NCBI GenBank assembly: GCA_963838925.1
Contig: CAWISW010000002.1
Span: forward strand, 384,001 to 448,000
Direction of reading: 5' to 3'
Length of the DNA: 64,000 nucleotides
DNA from: an uncultured Nitrososphaerota archaeon
GTDB taxonomy: Archaea > Thermoproteota > Nitrososphaeria > Nitrososphaerales > Gagatemarchaeaceae
Shown here: one piece after another, positions 9,834 through 18,829 of the stretch
Numbering within the stretch: the stretch's first letter is position 1
Layout of the letters: each line of letters begins with the position of its first letter
Made by a program: the position numbers and the translations under genes
Notes under the pieces: model-generated
What the model saw: only the letters and a program-made list of their open reading frames with translations
Told to the model about the DNA's origin: nothing
The model's database searches: none

Positions 9834-10683
9834 CGGCGGGGAAGAGGCTCCCGCCTGTCACATAGTCGACCAGGGCGTCGATGTCGGCCGAAAGCCCATA
9901 GCTCCTCTCGAAGAACTTCTCGACCGCCCCCACGTCCCGCTTCATCAGCTCCTTCGCGTTGGGGTGGTCCCTTCCCACCCACTGGGGCCAGTCGATCAGC
10001 CAAACTGACGCGCCGTCCGTCAGGATGTTGTACTCGCTGAGGTCCCCGTTGATCATGCCCGCCTTCACGTAGGCGTCGCGCACCGTATCCATTATCTGCC
10101 TGAAGACCTTCCTCGCGTCGACAAGCTCCGGGCGGTTGGTCAGCCTCACGCCGGGCAGCTCCTTGAGGAGCACCGTGTGCCTGTTCGTGGCCACCGCGAC
10201 GGGGACGTTCTTGGTGAACTCCGAGAGCTTCTCGAGGGCGTTGAACTCCCTGCGAGCCGCCTGGTAGTTGACGTCGAGCCACGTGTTGAACTGGCGGGAG
10301 GACGCGTACCTCTTGCGGGTGACGTCGCGGAAGCTCGTCCTCCCCAGCCTGAACAGCTTGAGCGCGTAGAGCTCGCCTTTCTCGGAGAGCACCTCGTAGA
10401 CGTCCGACTCCTTCCCCTTCGCTATGAGCTTCCCGAGGGCGTTCGCGTAGTCCTTGTCGGCATAGAACTTCAGCGCGAGGAGGTCGACGGCAGGGATGTA
10501 GAGCTCGTAGGTCCTCCCCGACCCGATGAGCTTCCTCTTGTTCAGCTCGTTCAGGCCGAAGTTCACGCGGTCCATAGGCTGCCCCGACACCTTCGCTATC
10601 GACTCCGCAGAGGTCGTCGCCTTACCCAGCGTGCACTTCTCCAGCGCGCGGAGGGCCTGCCACTCCTCGGGCCTGAGCTGCAT
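9820..10683 (-). CDS. rio2: RIO2 atypical kinase
   Basis: N-terminal wHTH, GKESDVY, KLFRLGRTSF, GDLSEYNI, IDWPQW. Confidence 0.92.
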   Translation of the reverse strand: MQLRPEEWQALRALEKCTLGKATTSAESIAKVSGQPMDRVNFGLNELNKRKLIGSGRTYELYIPAVDLLALKFYADKDYANALGKLIAKGKESDVYEVLSEKGELYALKLFRLGRTSFRDVTRKRYASSRQFNTWLDVNYQAARREFNALEKLSEFTKNVPVAVATNRHTVLLKELPGVRLTNRPELVDARKVFRQIMDTVRDAYVKAGMINGDLSEYNILTDGASVWLIDWPQWVGRDHPNAKELMKRDVGAVEKFFERSYGLSADIDALVDYVTGGSLFPAVRTE

Positions 10684-10829
10684 GATGAGAGAGGCCGCGA
10701 TGTCGGTTGCTGACGTGGTCGGTTCGCCTGTTCGAGGTCACGCCGCGTCTGCGCTTCTTGAACCTTTCAAGGGGAACGCAGCCGCGGCTTTCGCAAGGCT
10801 GATATAACGACGCGAAGCCTCGGCAACCA

Positions 10830-11042
10830 ATGCCGCAGAAAAGGGGAGAGAAGGTGCTGAAGCCTGAAGCTAATCAGGTCATGCCTGACATCTACGAGAA
10901 GTGGTTGAACACCAGGGTCGAGGCTAGGACCGCGTCGCTGGGAGACCAGGAAGAGGACGACGTTGACAAGGCGGAGGACGTCCACGAGAAGGCCCACCTC
11001 CGCAAGAGAGGAAGGGGCACGGCAGCCAGCAGCTCCAAGTGA
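10830..11042 (+). CDS. Small hypothetical protein
   Basis: 70-aa ORF preceded by TATA-like GATATAA at about 10801. Confidence 0.4.
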   Translation: MPQKRGEKVLKPEANQVMPDIYEKWLNTRVEARTASLGDQEEDDVDKAEDVHEKAHLRKRGRGTAASSSK

Positions 11043-11044
11043 GC

Positions 11045-12112
11045 CTAACCCAGCCCTCTAGCAACCGCTTCAGAGTACGCCTTCCAGTAGCCGTCCTGTC
11101 CCGGCGTGTGAGGCTCTGCTTTCGAGCCTCCCGAGGCCACCCATAGGCCCTTCCGCTTCCCCTTCGGGCCGATCCGTCCGATCTCGTAGCTCGCTATCCC
11201 CTCCTCGCGGAGGGCCGCAACGGCGTCTTCGACGGCCCAGGGCCTGCAGGTGATTATCAAGGTCCCCTCGCTGAGCGTGGTGAGAGGGTCCAGCCCGAAC
11301 GACTCGCAAACGGCCGCCGTCTCGTCCGAGACGTTCACCTTGTCGCGGTCCACTATCACGGAAAGCCCGCACGCGCTTGAGAGCTCGAAGAGGCCGCCTA
11401 GCACCCCGCCCTCCGTCGCGTCGTGCATCGACGTGACACTCTCGCGCAGCCCTACCGATGCCGCAGTGAGCGCGTCCTTCACGGTCGAGCAGTCGCGGAG
11501 GCGAGCCTTTGCCCTCCTTAGCAGCGCGGCTCCGGCTTTCTCCCTTACCGTCTCGGGGAAGCAGTGCGAAAGGACGGCGGTCGCCCCTATCGCGGCGCCC
11601 TTCGTGATGACAACGGCGTCTCCTGGCTTCGCCATCGCAGGGGTCACGTACGAGGCTCTGTCCGCCACGCTGAACATGGTGCCCCCGCCGACCACCGTGT
11701 AGCCAGAACCGGGGTACCTGCCCGTGTGCCCGCCCGCTATCGCGATCCCGAGCGCTCTGCACTCGTCGCCGACGGCCTTGAGATACGCCTCCACCACAGG
11801 CAGCTCCATCGCAGGCGGGAGGTTCAGGTCCAGCATCGCGAACTGCGGGCCCACGCCGCTCGTCGCCAGGTCGGAGGCGATCAGGTGGACACTGAGCCAG
11901 GCCGACTCCCTCATCCCTATGGCGGGGATGACCGAGAGCGGGTCGCTGGTGACGATGAGCACCTTCTTCCCTCCTAGCGCGATGACCGCGTTGTCCAGCC
12001 CGTGCCCCGGCTTCACGATGAGCTCGCTCCGCTTCGCGCCAAGGTTGGAGAAGACCGCGCTCTCGAGGAACTCTCGCGGGACCTTCCCCTGCTGCGTCAT
12101 CTCGCCGCTCAA
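11045..12112 (-). CDS. AIR synthase-related protein (PurM/HypE/ThiL superfamily)
   Basis: GLDNAV, SDP, SDLATSG, GGHTG, MHDATEGG, DPL...SEGTL. Confidence 0.88.
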   Translation of the reverse strand: MSGEMTQQGKVPREFLESAVFSNLGAKRSELIVKPGHGLDNAVIALGGKKVLIVTSDPLSVIPAIGMRESAWLSVHLIASDLATSGVGPQFAMLDLNLPPAMELPVVEAYLKAVGDECRALGIAIAGGHTGRYPGSGYTVVGGGTMFSVADRASYVTPAMAKPGDAVVITKGAAIGATAVLSHCFPETVREKAGAALLRRAKARLRDCSTVKDALTAASVGLRESVTSMHDATEGGVLGGLFELSSACGLSVIVDRDKVNVSDETAAVCESFGLDPLTTLSEGTLIITCRPWAVEDAVAALREEGIASYEIGRIGPKGKRKGLWVASGGSKAEPHTPGQDGYWKAYSEAVARGLG

Positions 12113-12711
12113 CTTCTGTAGCCGAGTCGCCTGAACGTCGGGCCTGCGCCCGCGATTATCGCGAAAGCGATCGGGATGAAGGCGAGGTCAGCGAAGGTCG
12201 CGAGGTCGGGGAGCGCCAAGACCAGCCCGGAATAGAGGTCGGTGGGGCTCCCGTACCCGAAGAGGCCGTAGGTGTAAAAGAGCCAGTCTGGCACTAGGAA
12301 CGCGAAGGTCTCGTAGACCGTCGCGACCACCATTGCGAACGCGAGCGTCCTCCTGCCCTTGTTGGCTGCCCACGCGATGATGAGCACCTCCGGAGCCCTC
12401 GCCCAGACCATCCCGAATGGGTAGATGGGGGAGCCGCCCGCCTTGGTCGTGATGTTGAAGAGCTCGCCCACGAACCCGCCGACGGCGGTCGCCGCGAAGG
12501 CGTCCCACTTGTCCGCCAGCGCCGCTAGCGCGAAGTAGATCGCCGGGGCGAGCGTGATCTCGAAGACCGGCGGCGGGAGGGGTATCGAGATGATCGTGCA
12601 GACGGCGATGAGGGCGGAGAAGACGGCGACCAGCGCCAGCCTCATGTTCGTCGTGGGCGTCGACTTGCCTGAAGTCGTCTCGTGGAACGCCGACTCCGCG
12701 TAGGTTCCCAT
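12109..12711 (-). CDS. ECF transporter S component (possibly thiamine or precursor)
   Basis: LALVAVFSALIAVCT.ISIP N-terminal pattern, about 6 TM; divergent from ThiN-HTH regulator. Confidence 0.7.
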   Translation of the reverse strand: MGTYAESAFHETTSGKSTPTTNMRLALVAVFSALIAVCTIISIPLPPPVFEITLAPAIYFALAALADKWDAFAATAVGGFVGELFNITTKAGGSPIYPFGMVWARAPEVLIIAWAANKGRRTLAFAMVVATVYETFAFLVPDWLFYTYGLFGYGSPTDLYSGLVLALPDLATFADLAFIPIAFAIIAGAGPTFRRLGYRS

Positions 12712-12753
12712 TGGACTTGTTACGCCCTTTCTCAGGAATCTTATAAATCACCT

Positions 12754-12768
12754 CATAAGTGACTTATG
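12754..12768. promoter_or_regulatory. Palindromic operator candidate CATAAGT-G-ACTTATG
   Basis: Perfect 7-1-7 inverted repeat between TATA box TTATAAA (12741) and ATG 12771. Confidence 0.55.
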
Positions 12769-12770
12769 CC

Positions 12771-13712
12771 ATGCATCCCCCCTGTGAGATAATGGTCGAC
12801 TCCTTCCTGCCCTCCATGCGAGCGCTGGTCGCCAAGAGGCTGAAGGAGGACGGGCTCTCCCAGGGCAAGATCGCGAGCCTCCTCGGGATGACGCAGGCCT
12901 CGGTGAGCTCCTACCTCTCCACCTCCTCGCAGAAGCCGACGAGCGCGCTCTCGAGCCTCGGGGTCACGTCAGAGGAGGCGGAGACCTACGCCGCGCTCCT
13001 CGCCGAGGACCTGAAGAACAACCCCACTTACGCCGTCGCCACCCTCTACTCGATTTGGAGCAGGCTCATCGGAGGCGGGGACGCTTGCGCGGTTCACAGG
13101 AGCGAGCATCCCTTCCTCGCGACATGCGACGTCTGCATGAAGGTGTTCGGCCCTGAGAGGGGGCACTCGGAGGGGGCGGTCGAGCACGTGGAGGGCGCCC
13201 TCCGGTCGATAGAGGGCTCTTCGCTCTTCGTGCGCGTCATGCCCGAGGTCTCAGTGAACGTGGCCTACGCCCCGGAAGGTGCCAAGTCAGCCGAGGACGT
13301 TGTCGCGATCCCGGGAAGGATCGTGAGGGTGAGGGGGCAGGCGCGCTCCTTCATGAGGCCCGAGTACGGGGCTTCCACCCACCTGGCCGCGATACTCCTG
13401 GAGGTGGAGCGAAAGCACCGCGCCCTCAGGGCCGCGATGAACCTCAGGTACGACGAGAGGATGGCTAAGGTCCTCGCCAAGCTCGGGGTCGAGACGCTCA
13501 CCATCGGGCGCTCCTATCCGTCGGGGGGCCAGGACAAGGTCCTCGGCGCGCTCCACGCCCGCCTCTCCGCACCAGCCGGCGCAGAAGAGTTCGAGGCGGT
13601 CGTCGACGTAGGAGGCGAGGGCGTCGAGCCAAGCCTCTACCTCTTCGCCGAGGACGCGACCAGGGTCGTGAAGAGGGCGATAGAGATAGCCAGGGCCTAC
13701 GCTTCAGGCTGA
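12771..13712 (+). CDS. HTH + ThiN-like domain protein (ThiR-type thiamine regulator)
   Basis: PPCE...LPSMRALVA...GLSQGKIASLLGMTQASVSSY HTH; MPEVSVN, VVAIPGRI, PEYGASTHLA, AAMNLRY, GGEGVEP ThiN motifs. Confidence 0.85.
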   Translation: MHPPCEIMVDSFLPSMRALVAKRLKEDGLSQGKIASLLGMTQASVSSYLSTSSQKPTSALSSLGVTSEEAETYAALLAEDLKNNPTYAVATLYSIWSRLIGGGDACAVHRSEHPFLATCDVCMKVFGPERGHSEGAVEHVEGALRSIEGSSLFVRVMPEVSVNVAYAPEGAKSAEDVVAIPGRIVRVRGQARSFMRPEYGASTHLAAILLEVERKHRALRAAMNLRYDERMAKVLAKLGVETLTIGRSYPSGGQDKVLGALHARLSAPAGAEEFEAVVDVGGEGVEPSLYLFAEDATRVVKRAIEIARAYASG

Positions 13713-15356
13713 GCGCGCGGCGACCTGGACCTTCTTCCCCTTCGTCTCGTGGGCGACCATCGCGGCCTTGAGGAAGGCCAGGAACATCGGCTCGGGGTAC
13801 TCTGGCCTGCTGCAGTACTCAGGGTGGTACTGGGTGCCCATGAAGAACGGGTGGTCCTTCAACTCTAGGATCTCGGCGCGCCTCCCCCCGTCGCTGAACG
13901 CTGAGAAGTGCATCCCCGCGTCCTCGAGCTTCTGCATGTAGGCCTGGTTGAGCTCGAACCTGTGCCTGTGCCTGCCTCTCACGCTCTTGCTCTGGTAGAT
14001 GTCAAAGGCCTTGCTCGGCTTCTCCACCGAGATGTCGTGGCCTCCCAGCCTCATCGTCCCTCCCATGTTCGAGATGCCCTTCTGCTCTGGGAGCAGGTCG
14101 ATGACAGGGTCTGGGGTGTTCTGGTTTATCTCGACGGAGTTGGCCTCCTTCAGGCCCAGCACGTTCCTAGCGAACGACACAATCGAGAGCTGGAACCCGA
14201 AGCACAGGCCGAGCAACGGCTTCTGCGTCCGTCTGGCGTAGTCGGCCGCCCACATCTTGCCCTCGGTCCCCCTCTTCCCATAGCCCTGGGGCAGGACGAC
14301 TCCATCCGCCGCGTCGATTGTCTTGCGGGCCGCGTCCACGCGGCTCGTACCCTCGAAGTCCTCGGACTCTATCCACTTGATGTCCACGCCGACGCCGTTC
14401 GCCGCGGCCGCGTGCTTCAGGGCAAGGTTGACGCTCACGTAGCTGTCCATCAGCGTCACGTACTTCCCGACCATCGCGACGGTCACCGACCGCTTCTGCC
14501 GGACGAACCTCGAGGCGACCTCGTTCCAGTCGAGGAGGTCGGTCCTCCTAACCTTGAGGCGAAGGTGCCCCACCAGGGGCTTCATGACCCCTTCCTTGAA
14601 CAGCGCTTCCGGTACCTGGTAGATGGTCTCGACGTCAGGGTTAGAGATGACGCTGTCCACCGGGACGCTCGTGAACAAGGCCAGCTTCTCCTTCGCATCA
14701 GCTGGGAGGGACCTCGTCCCCCTCACGACGATGAGGTCGGGCTGTATCCCTATGCGCCTTAGCTCCTGGACGCTGTGCTGTGTGGGCTTCGTCTTCATCT
14801 CCCCAACCGCTCCCATCTCGGGCGCGAGCGTGACGTGGACGAAGAGCGTGTTCTCCATCCCGTCCTCGAGCCGCATCTGCCTGAACGCCTCGAGGAATGG
14901 CAGGCTCTCGATGTCCCCCACCGTCCCCCCGCACTCTATCACCGCGACGCTCGAGCCGCTCTTGGTCGTCCGCTCCCTGATCCTTCGCTTGATCTCGTCG
15001 GTCACGTGCGGGATTATCTGGACGCACTTTCCGAGGTACTTGCCCTTCCGCTCGTCCTCGATCACCGCGTTGTACACCTGCCCGGTAGTGATGTTGTCCT
15101 CCTTGCTTAGGTCCTTGTTGAGGAACCTCTCGTAGTTCCCCAGGTCCATGTCGCACTCGCCGCCGTCGTCCGTGACGAAGACCTCGCCGTGGGCGATCGG
15201 GTTCATCGTCCCCGCGTCGAAGTTGATGTACGGGTCTACCTTCATGCAGGTCACCGTGAGACCGGAGCGTTGGAGGATTTTCGCGAGAGAAGAGGTCGTG
15301 ATGCCCTTCCCGAGCCCGGACATCACCCCTCCAGTTACAAAGATGTACTTCGGCAC
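13704..15356 (-). CDS. pyrG: CTP synthase
   Basis: KYIFVTGGVMSGLGKG, GEVFVTDDGGECDMDLGNYER, KTKPTQHSV, GLCFGFQ, QYHPE; GTG start 15356. Confidence 0.97.
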   Translation of the reverse strand: MPKYIFVTGGVMSGLGKGITTSSLAKILQRSGLTVTCMKVDPYINFDAGTMNPIAHGEVFVTDDGGECDMDLGNYERFLNKDLSKEDNITTGQVYNAVIEDERKGKYLGKCVQIIPHVTDEIKRRIRERTTKSGSSVAVIECGGTVGDIESLPFLEAFRQMRLEDGMENTLFVHVTLAPEMGAVGEMKTKPTQHSVQELRRIGIQPDLIVVRGTRSLPADAKEKLALFTSVPVDSVISNPDVETIYQVPEALFKEGVMKPLVGHLRLKVRRTDLLDWNEVASRFVRQKRSVTVAMVGKYVTLMDSYVSVNLALKHAAAANGVGVDIKWIESEDFEGTSRVDAARKTIDAADGVVLPQGYGKRGTEGKMWAADYARRTQKPLLGLCFGFQLSIVSFARNVLGLKEANSVEINQNTPDPVIDLLPEQKGISNMGGTMRLGGHDISVEKPSKAFDIYQSKSVRGRHRHRFELNQAYMQKLEDAGMHFSAFSDGGRRAEILELKDHPFFMGTQYHPEYCSRPEYPEPMFLAFLKAAMVAHETKGKKVQVAARSA

Positions 15357-15497
15357 ATTGGACCTACTTCGAAGATGTATATTGGCTTTTTTGTTGTCGC
15401 GGGGGCTTGGGGCTCTTTGCGCCAGAGCTGTTCTCAAGACTGAGAAACATTGCTTAGGTTTATTAGACCAATCCGGTCTTCAAGGGATTAGAGGAAA

Positions 15498-15920
15498 TTG
15501 ACAGTGTCTGCAGAAGAAAGGAACATCGTCCTGACGGACAGGGTCTTCCAAAGGCTGCTGAGGGCCAAGGGAGAGGACGAGAGCATCTCCGACGTGATCA
15601 TGCGCCTGACATCGACGAAGCTCTTCGGCCTCCAAAGGAGAGGGGAGGAGGAGATCCAGACTTCTGACGACGTGACGCTCTCGGTGAGCGTCGATCAGGA
15701 CCTATGCATGGGCGCAGAGAGCTGCGTGTCGCTCGCCCCCGAGGTGTTCTCACTGGACGAGAGTCAGCTGGGTCGGAGGACCGGCACCGAGCCGCTGGGG
15801 ATGATCGACGTCGAGCCGATGACAGTGGACAGCGAGAGGATCATCAGGGCAGCGAAGTCTTGCCCCTACAAGGCAATCCGCGTCCGCAACACAAAGTCAG
15901 GCGACCAGCTCGTCCCATAG
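15498..15920 (+). CDS. Fusion of a VapB/DUF217-like RHH domain and a [3Fe-4S]-type ferredoxin
   Basis: RNIVLTDRVFQRLLRAKGEDESISDVIMRL followed by VDQDLCMGAESCVSLAPEVF...AAKSCPYKAI. Confidence 0.75.
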   Translation: MTVSAEERNIVLTDRVFQRLLRAKGEDESISDVIMRLTSTKLFGLQRRGEEEIQTSDDVTLSVSVDQDLCMGAESCVSLAPEVFSLDESQLGRRTGTEPLGMIDVEPMTVDSERIIRAAKSCPYKAIRVRNTKSGDQLVP

Positions 15921-16086
15921 CCGGCGAGGACGGGCCGCACCGCGCATATGGGAGTTGTCTGACGCATTCCAATCCGCGCCGACCGGGCTCATTTTCATTA
16001 TTGAAAATCGCCTCCGCCCATTAAATACCACTCGAGCGCAATTCCAGAAGAAGTAGAGTTGCACTGGCACTGGCAGGTCTATCGGT

Positions 16087-17127
16087 GTGAGTGGCCCGAT
16101 AGACTCTGACAGTGCAGAATTCAAAGAGTGGGCAGCGAAGAGGCTGGCAGAAATCCGCCTTCTTGAGGAAGACGAAAAGCGCGCGGTAGAATCGCCCCCG
16201 GATGAGCTGAAGGAGATATTTCGAGTCGTCGACTACGAGGTGGCGCCCATTCTGGACGCCGGAGGCGTCCCCATCACGAGGGAAGAGCTCGACGCGATGT
16301 TTGCCGAGTGGTTCGTCCGCAGAAGGGCCACGCAGGCACAGTCCACCCAAAACTCAGCGTCGACTGCCCAGCCAACGGAGGCCAGCGTGGCGAGCCAGGT
16401 CTCGGCCTTCTTCTCTGACCTGAGGGCGAGAAGGTTCGGGCGCCCCCTCAGGAGGGCCATGAGGTTCGTCGGCATCCTCGTCATGCTTGTCCCGCTCGTC
16501 TTCGTGCCTGTTTACTTCTTCCTGTCCGTTCAGATCCCCCCTCCAGTGGCGAGCGGAGCTGTGACCATCTCGCCTGCTAACCCGCTCATCGCGCCTGGCC
16601 AGACGCAGAACTACACGGTGCTTACTCTGAGCGAGCCTGCCTCCAAAGCCCCGGTCGCCGCGACGCTCTCGGCCTTCACGCCTCAGGGACTTTCGTTCGA
16701 CATCTCACAGTCCTATGGCGCGCCGCAGGTGACGACGCTGGTCCCGGTGGTCATCCACGCTTCGCTTTCGCTCGCCGCCGGCCCCTACCAGGTGACCGTG
16801 AGAGTGCAGGAGGGGGCCGCGGTGAGGAACCAGACCTTCACGGTGACGGTCGTGCCGGCGCTGGTGGTGATGGAGCACCTCGCGTTCGTGCCCCAGTTCC
16901 TGAACGTCACGAAGGGGACGACCGTCTACTGGATGAACCTCGACTCTACAATCGGCTGCTGCGACCCAGGATACCACGACGTCGCGTTCCGCGCCGGGAT
17001 GAACATGACGTCTCCGATACTAGAAAGGCTGGACACGTGGAGCTTTACGTTCGACACGCCTGGCCAGTTCTTCTATTACTGCACGATCCACCCGTTCATG
17101 GCCGCGGAAGTAAGCGTCACCGACTAG
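16087..17127 (+). CDS. Membrane-anchored blue copper (cupredoxin) protein with Ig-like domain
   Basis: Single TM at about aa 127-148; AFVP..LNV.KGTTVYW.N; type-1 Cu ligands H (YHDV) and YYCTIHPFM. Confidence 0.85.
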   Translation: MSGPIDSDSAEFKEWAAKRLAEIRLLEEDEKRAVESPPDELKEIFRVVDYEVAPILDAGGVPITREELDAMFAEWFVRRRATQAQSTQNSASTAQPTEASVASQVSAFFSDLRARRFGRPLRRAMRFVGILVMLVPLVFVPVYFFLSVQIPPPVASGAVTISPANPLIAPGQTQNYTVLTLSEPASKAPVAATLSAFTPQGLSFDISQSYGAPQVTTLVPVVIHASLSLAAGPYQVTVRVQEGAAVRNQTFTVTVVPALVVMEHLAFVPQFLNVTKGTTVYWMNLDSTIGCCDPGYHDVAFRAGMNMTSPILERLDTWSFTFDTPGQFFYYCTIHPFMAAEVSVTD

Positions 17128-17258
17128 GGGCAGAATCCACGTTCGCACTTGTTAATATTCCGGCCTGCACGCGCTGACTTTTGAGCCCAGAACCGTCATT
17201 CTCAATCGTGAGAATCGTCTCCCCCCTATAAATGCCCCACGAAGGAAACTTCACGGTA

Positions 17259-18821
17259 ATGTTCACGCTTGAAAGAAGTTCAAAGGCTGCAAGGATCGGG
17301 CAGCTAGCGCTTGGCGCGCTGCTCGGCATCTCGGCGCTGGCGCTGATGTCGCCATTCTCGCCAGTCTACGGTCAGACGCAGATCGTCACGGTCACGCCTG
17401 GATCGGTCAACTTGGGACTGACGACATCGATTGCGGTAGCCGGTCCCGCTGCGGGAAGCTACACTCTAGAGGTCGTCTCGCCTAGCGGTGTGACATACTC
17501 GCAGCCCGTAACCTTTTCAGCAGTAGGGCAGACGCAGACTCTCGTCTTCGGGAACGCCACTTCGGGCTTCAACGTCGCAGTGAAGGAGGTCGGGACATAC
17601 AACGTGTTCCTGATGCAAGGCTCGACTGTGGTGGGCACGAGTTCCTTCTACTCGACCAACAAGCTCTTCATCACCATGGACATGGTGACCGGAGGAACCT
17701 GCTATTTCATCAACAACGAGCCGAGGGGATGGAAGTGGATCCCTAGGTTCTACGTGTACTATGCATCAAACCCCACTCTTCCCCTGGCAGCAATTCCGGT
17801 TGGCGCTCCGGCAGCTGGAGCAAAGGACCTCCGCACTCTCTTGATTCATGACGCGAACATCACCGTGACTTTCACGCAGCCTGACAACAAGACGGTCACG
17901 ACTGCCTCTTGGGACTCCGGGGCGCTCCTATGGAGAGGGATAGTCAATCCGGCTTGGAACTACACCTACGTCGGGTCATGGAACCCTACCGTGACGGCCA
18001 AGGACGCCGCCGGTAACTCGGGCACCTACCAGTACACGGGGTACCCCTTCGACATCACCCCAGCCACGCTCACGGCGGGCATAACCCTGATTGACTCCAA
18101 GACGGCAGCGCCGGTCGCCTCGATCTACGCTGGAGAGTCCATCACCATCAGCGCCATTGTCAAGTATCCAACCAACCCTGAGCCGACGACAGGGTTCGTG
18201 ACCGGCCTCGACTCAGTCAACCGCGGAGGCGTGGTGACTGCCATCGTGGGATGGGGCACATGGAACGCCACGACAAACACCTTCGGCGGTGGCGCCGCCA
18301 ACCCTGGCGGAGTCTTGGGCACCGTAAAGCTGACAAACACTAACGGCATCAACGGCACATGGACTGGGCCGTTCACTGTAGCCTCCACACTACCAACACT
18401 TCCAACTGGCGTGAGCTTCGCCGTGGCCATACAATCATCTGACAAGGCCAATCCACCGAATACGGGTCTTCAAGTAATGAGCTTGGGACTTGCGCCTACA
18501 CCCGCAGCAGGCGGAGGCACAGTCTCCACCACGACAGTCACAGCACCCGCCGCAACGACCACGGTCACAGGACCCGGAGCGACGACTACGGTGGTAGTAT
18601 CGGGCTCCCAGACCCTCACTCAGGCAACTAGCACAACCACCGCAACGACAACCGTAACCGCGGCCGTCAGCACCGCTGTAAGCACTGCATTCAGCACAAT
18701 GACATCGACCATCTCGCAAGTGACCCAGTCGATACCGACGATCGCATACGCCGGGATGATAGCCCTCCTAGTGGTCGGACTCGTCATCGGGCTAGTAGTG
18801 AAGATGCCAAGATCGAAGTAG
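17259..18821 (+). CDS. Secreted surface protein with Ser/Thr-rich stalk and C-terminal membrane anchor
   Basis: Signal-peptide-like N-terminus, beta-rich body, many NxS/T sequons, Thr-rich linker, TM helix + KMPRSK. Confidence 0.75.
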   Translation: MFTLERSSKAARIGQLALGALLGISALALMSPFSPVYGQTQIVTVTPGSVNLGLTTSIAVAGPAAGSYTLEVVSPSGVTYSQPVTFSAVGQTQTLVFGNATSGFNVAVKEVGTYNVFLMQGSTVVGTSSFYSTNKLFITMDMVTGGTCYFINNEPRGWKWIPRFYVYYASNPTLPLAAIPVGAPAAGAKDLRTLLIHDANITVTFTQPDNKTVTTASWDSGALLWRGIVNPAWNYTYVGSWNPTVTAKDAAGNSGTYQYTGYPFDITPATLTAGITLIDSKTAAPVASIYAGESITISAIVKYPTNPEPTTGFVTGLDSVNRGGVVTAIVGWGTWNATTNTFGGGAANPGGVLGTVKLTNTNGINGTWTGPFTVASTLPTLPTGVSFAVAIQSSDKANPPNTGLQVMSLGLAPTPAAGGGTVSTTTVTAPAATTTVTGPGATTTVVVSGSQTLTQATSTTTATTTVTAAVSTAVSTAFSTMTSTISQVTQSIPTIAYAGMIALLVVGLVIGLVVKMPRSK

Positions 18822-18829
18822 GTGCTAGC

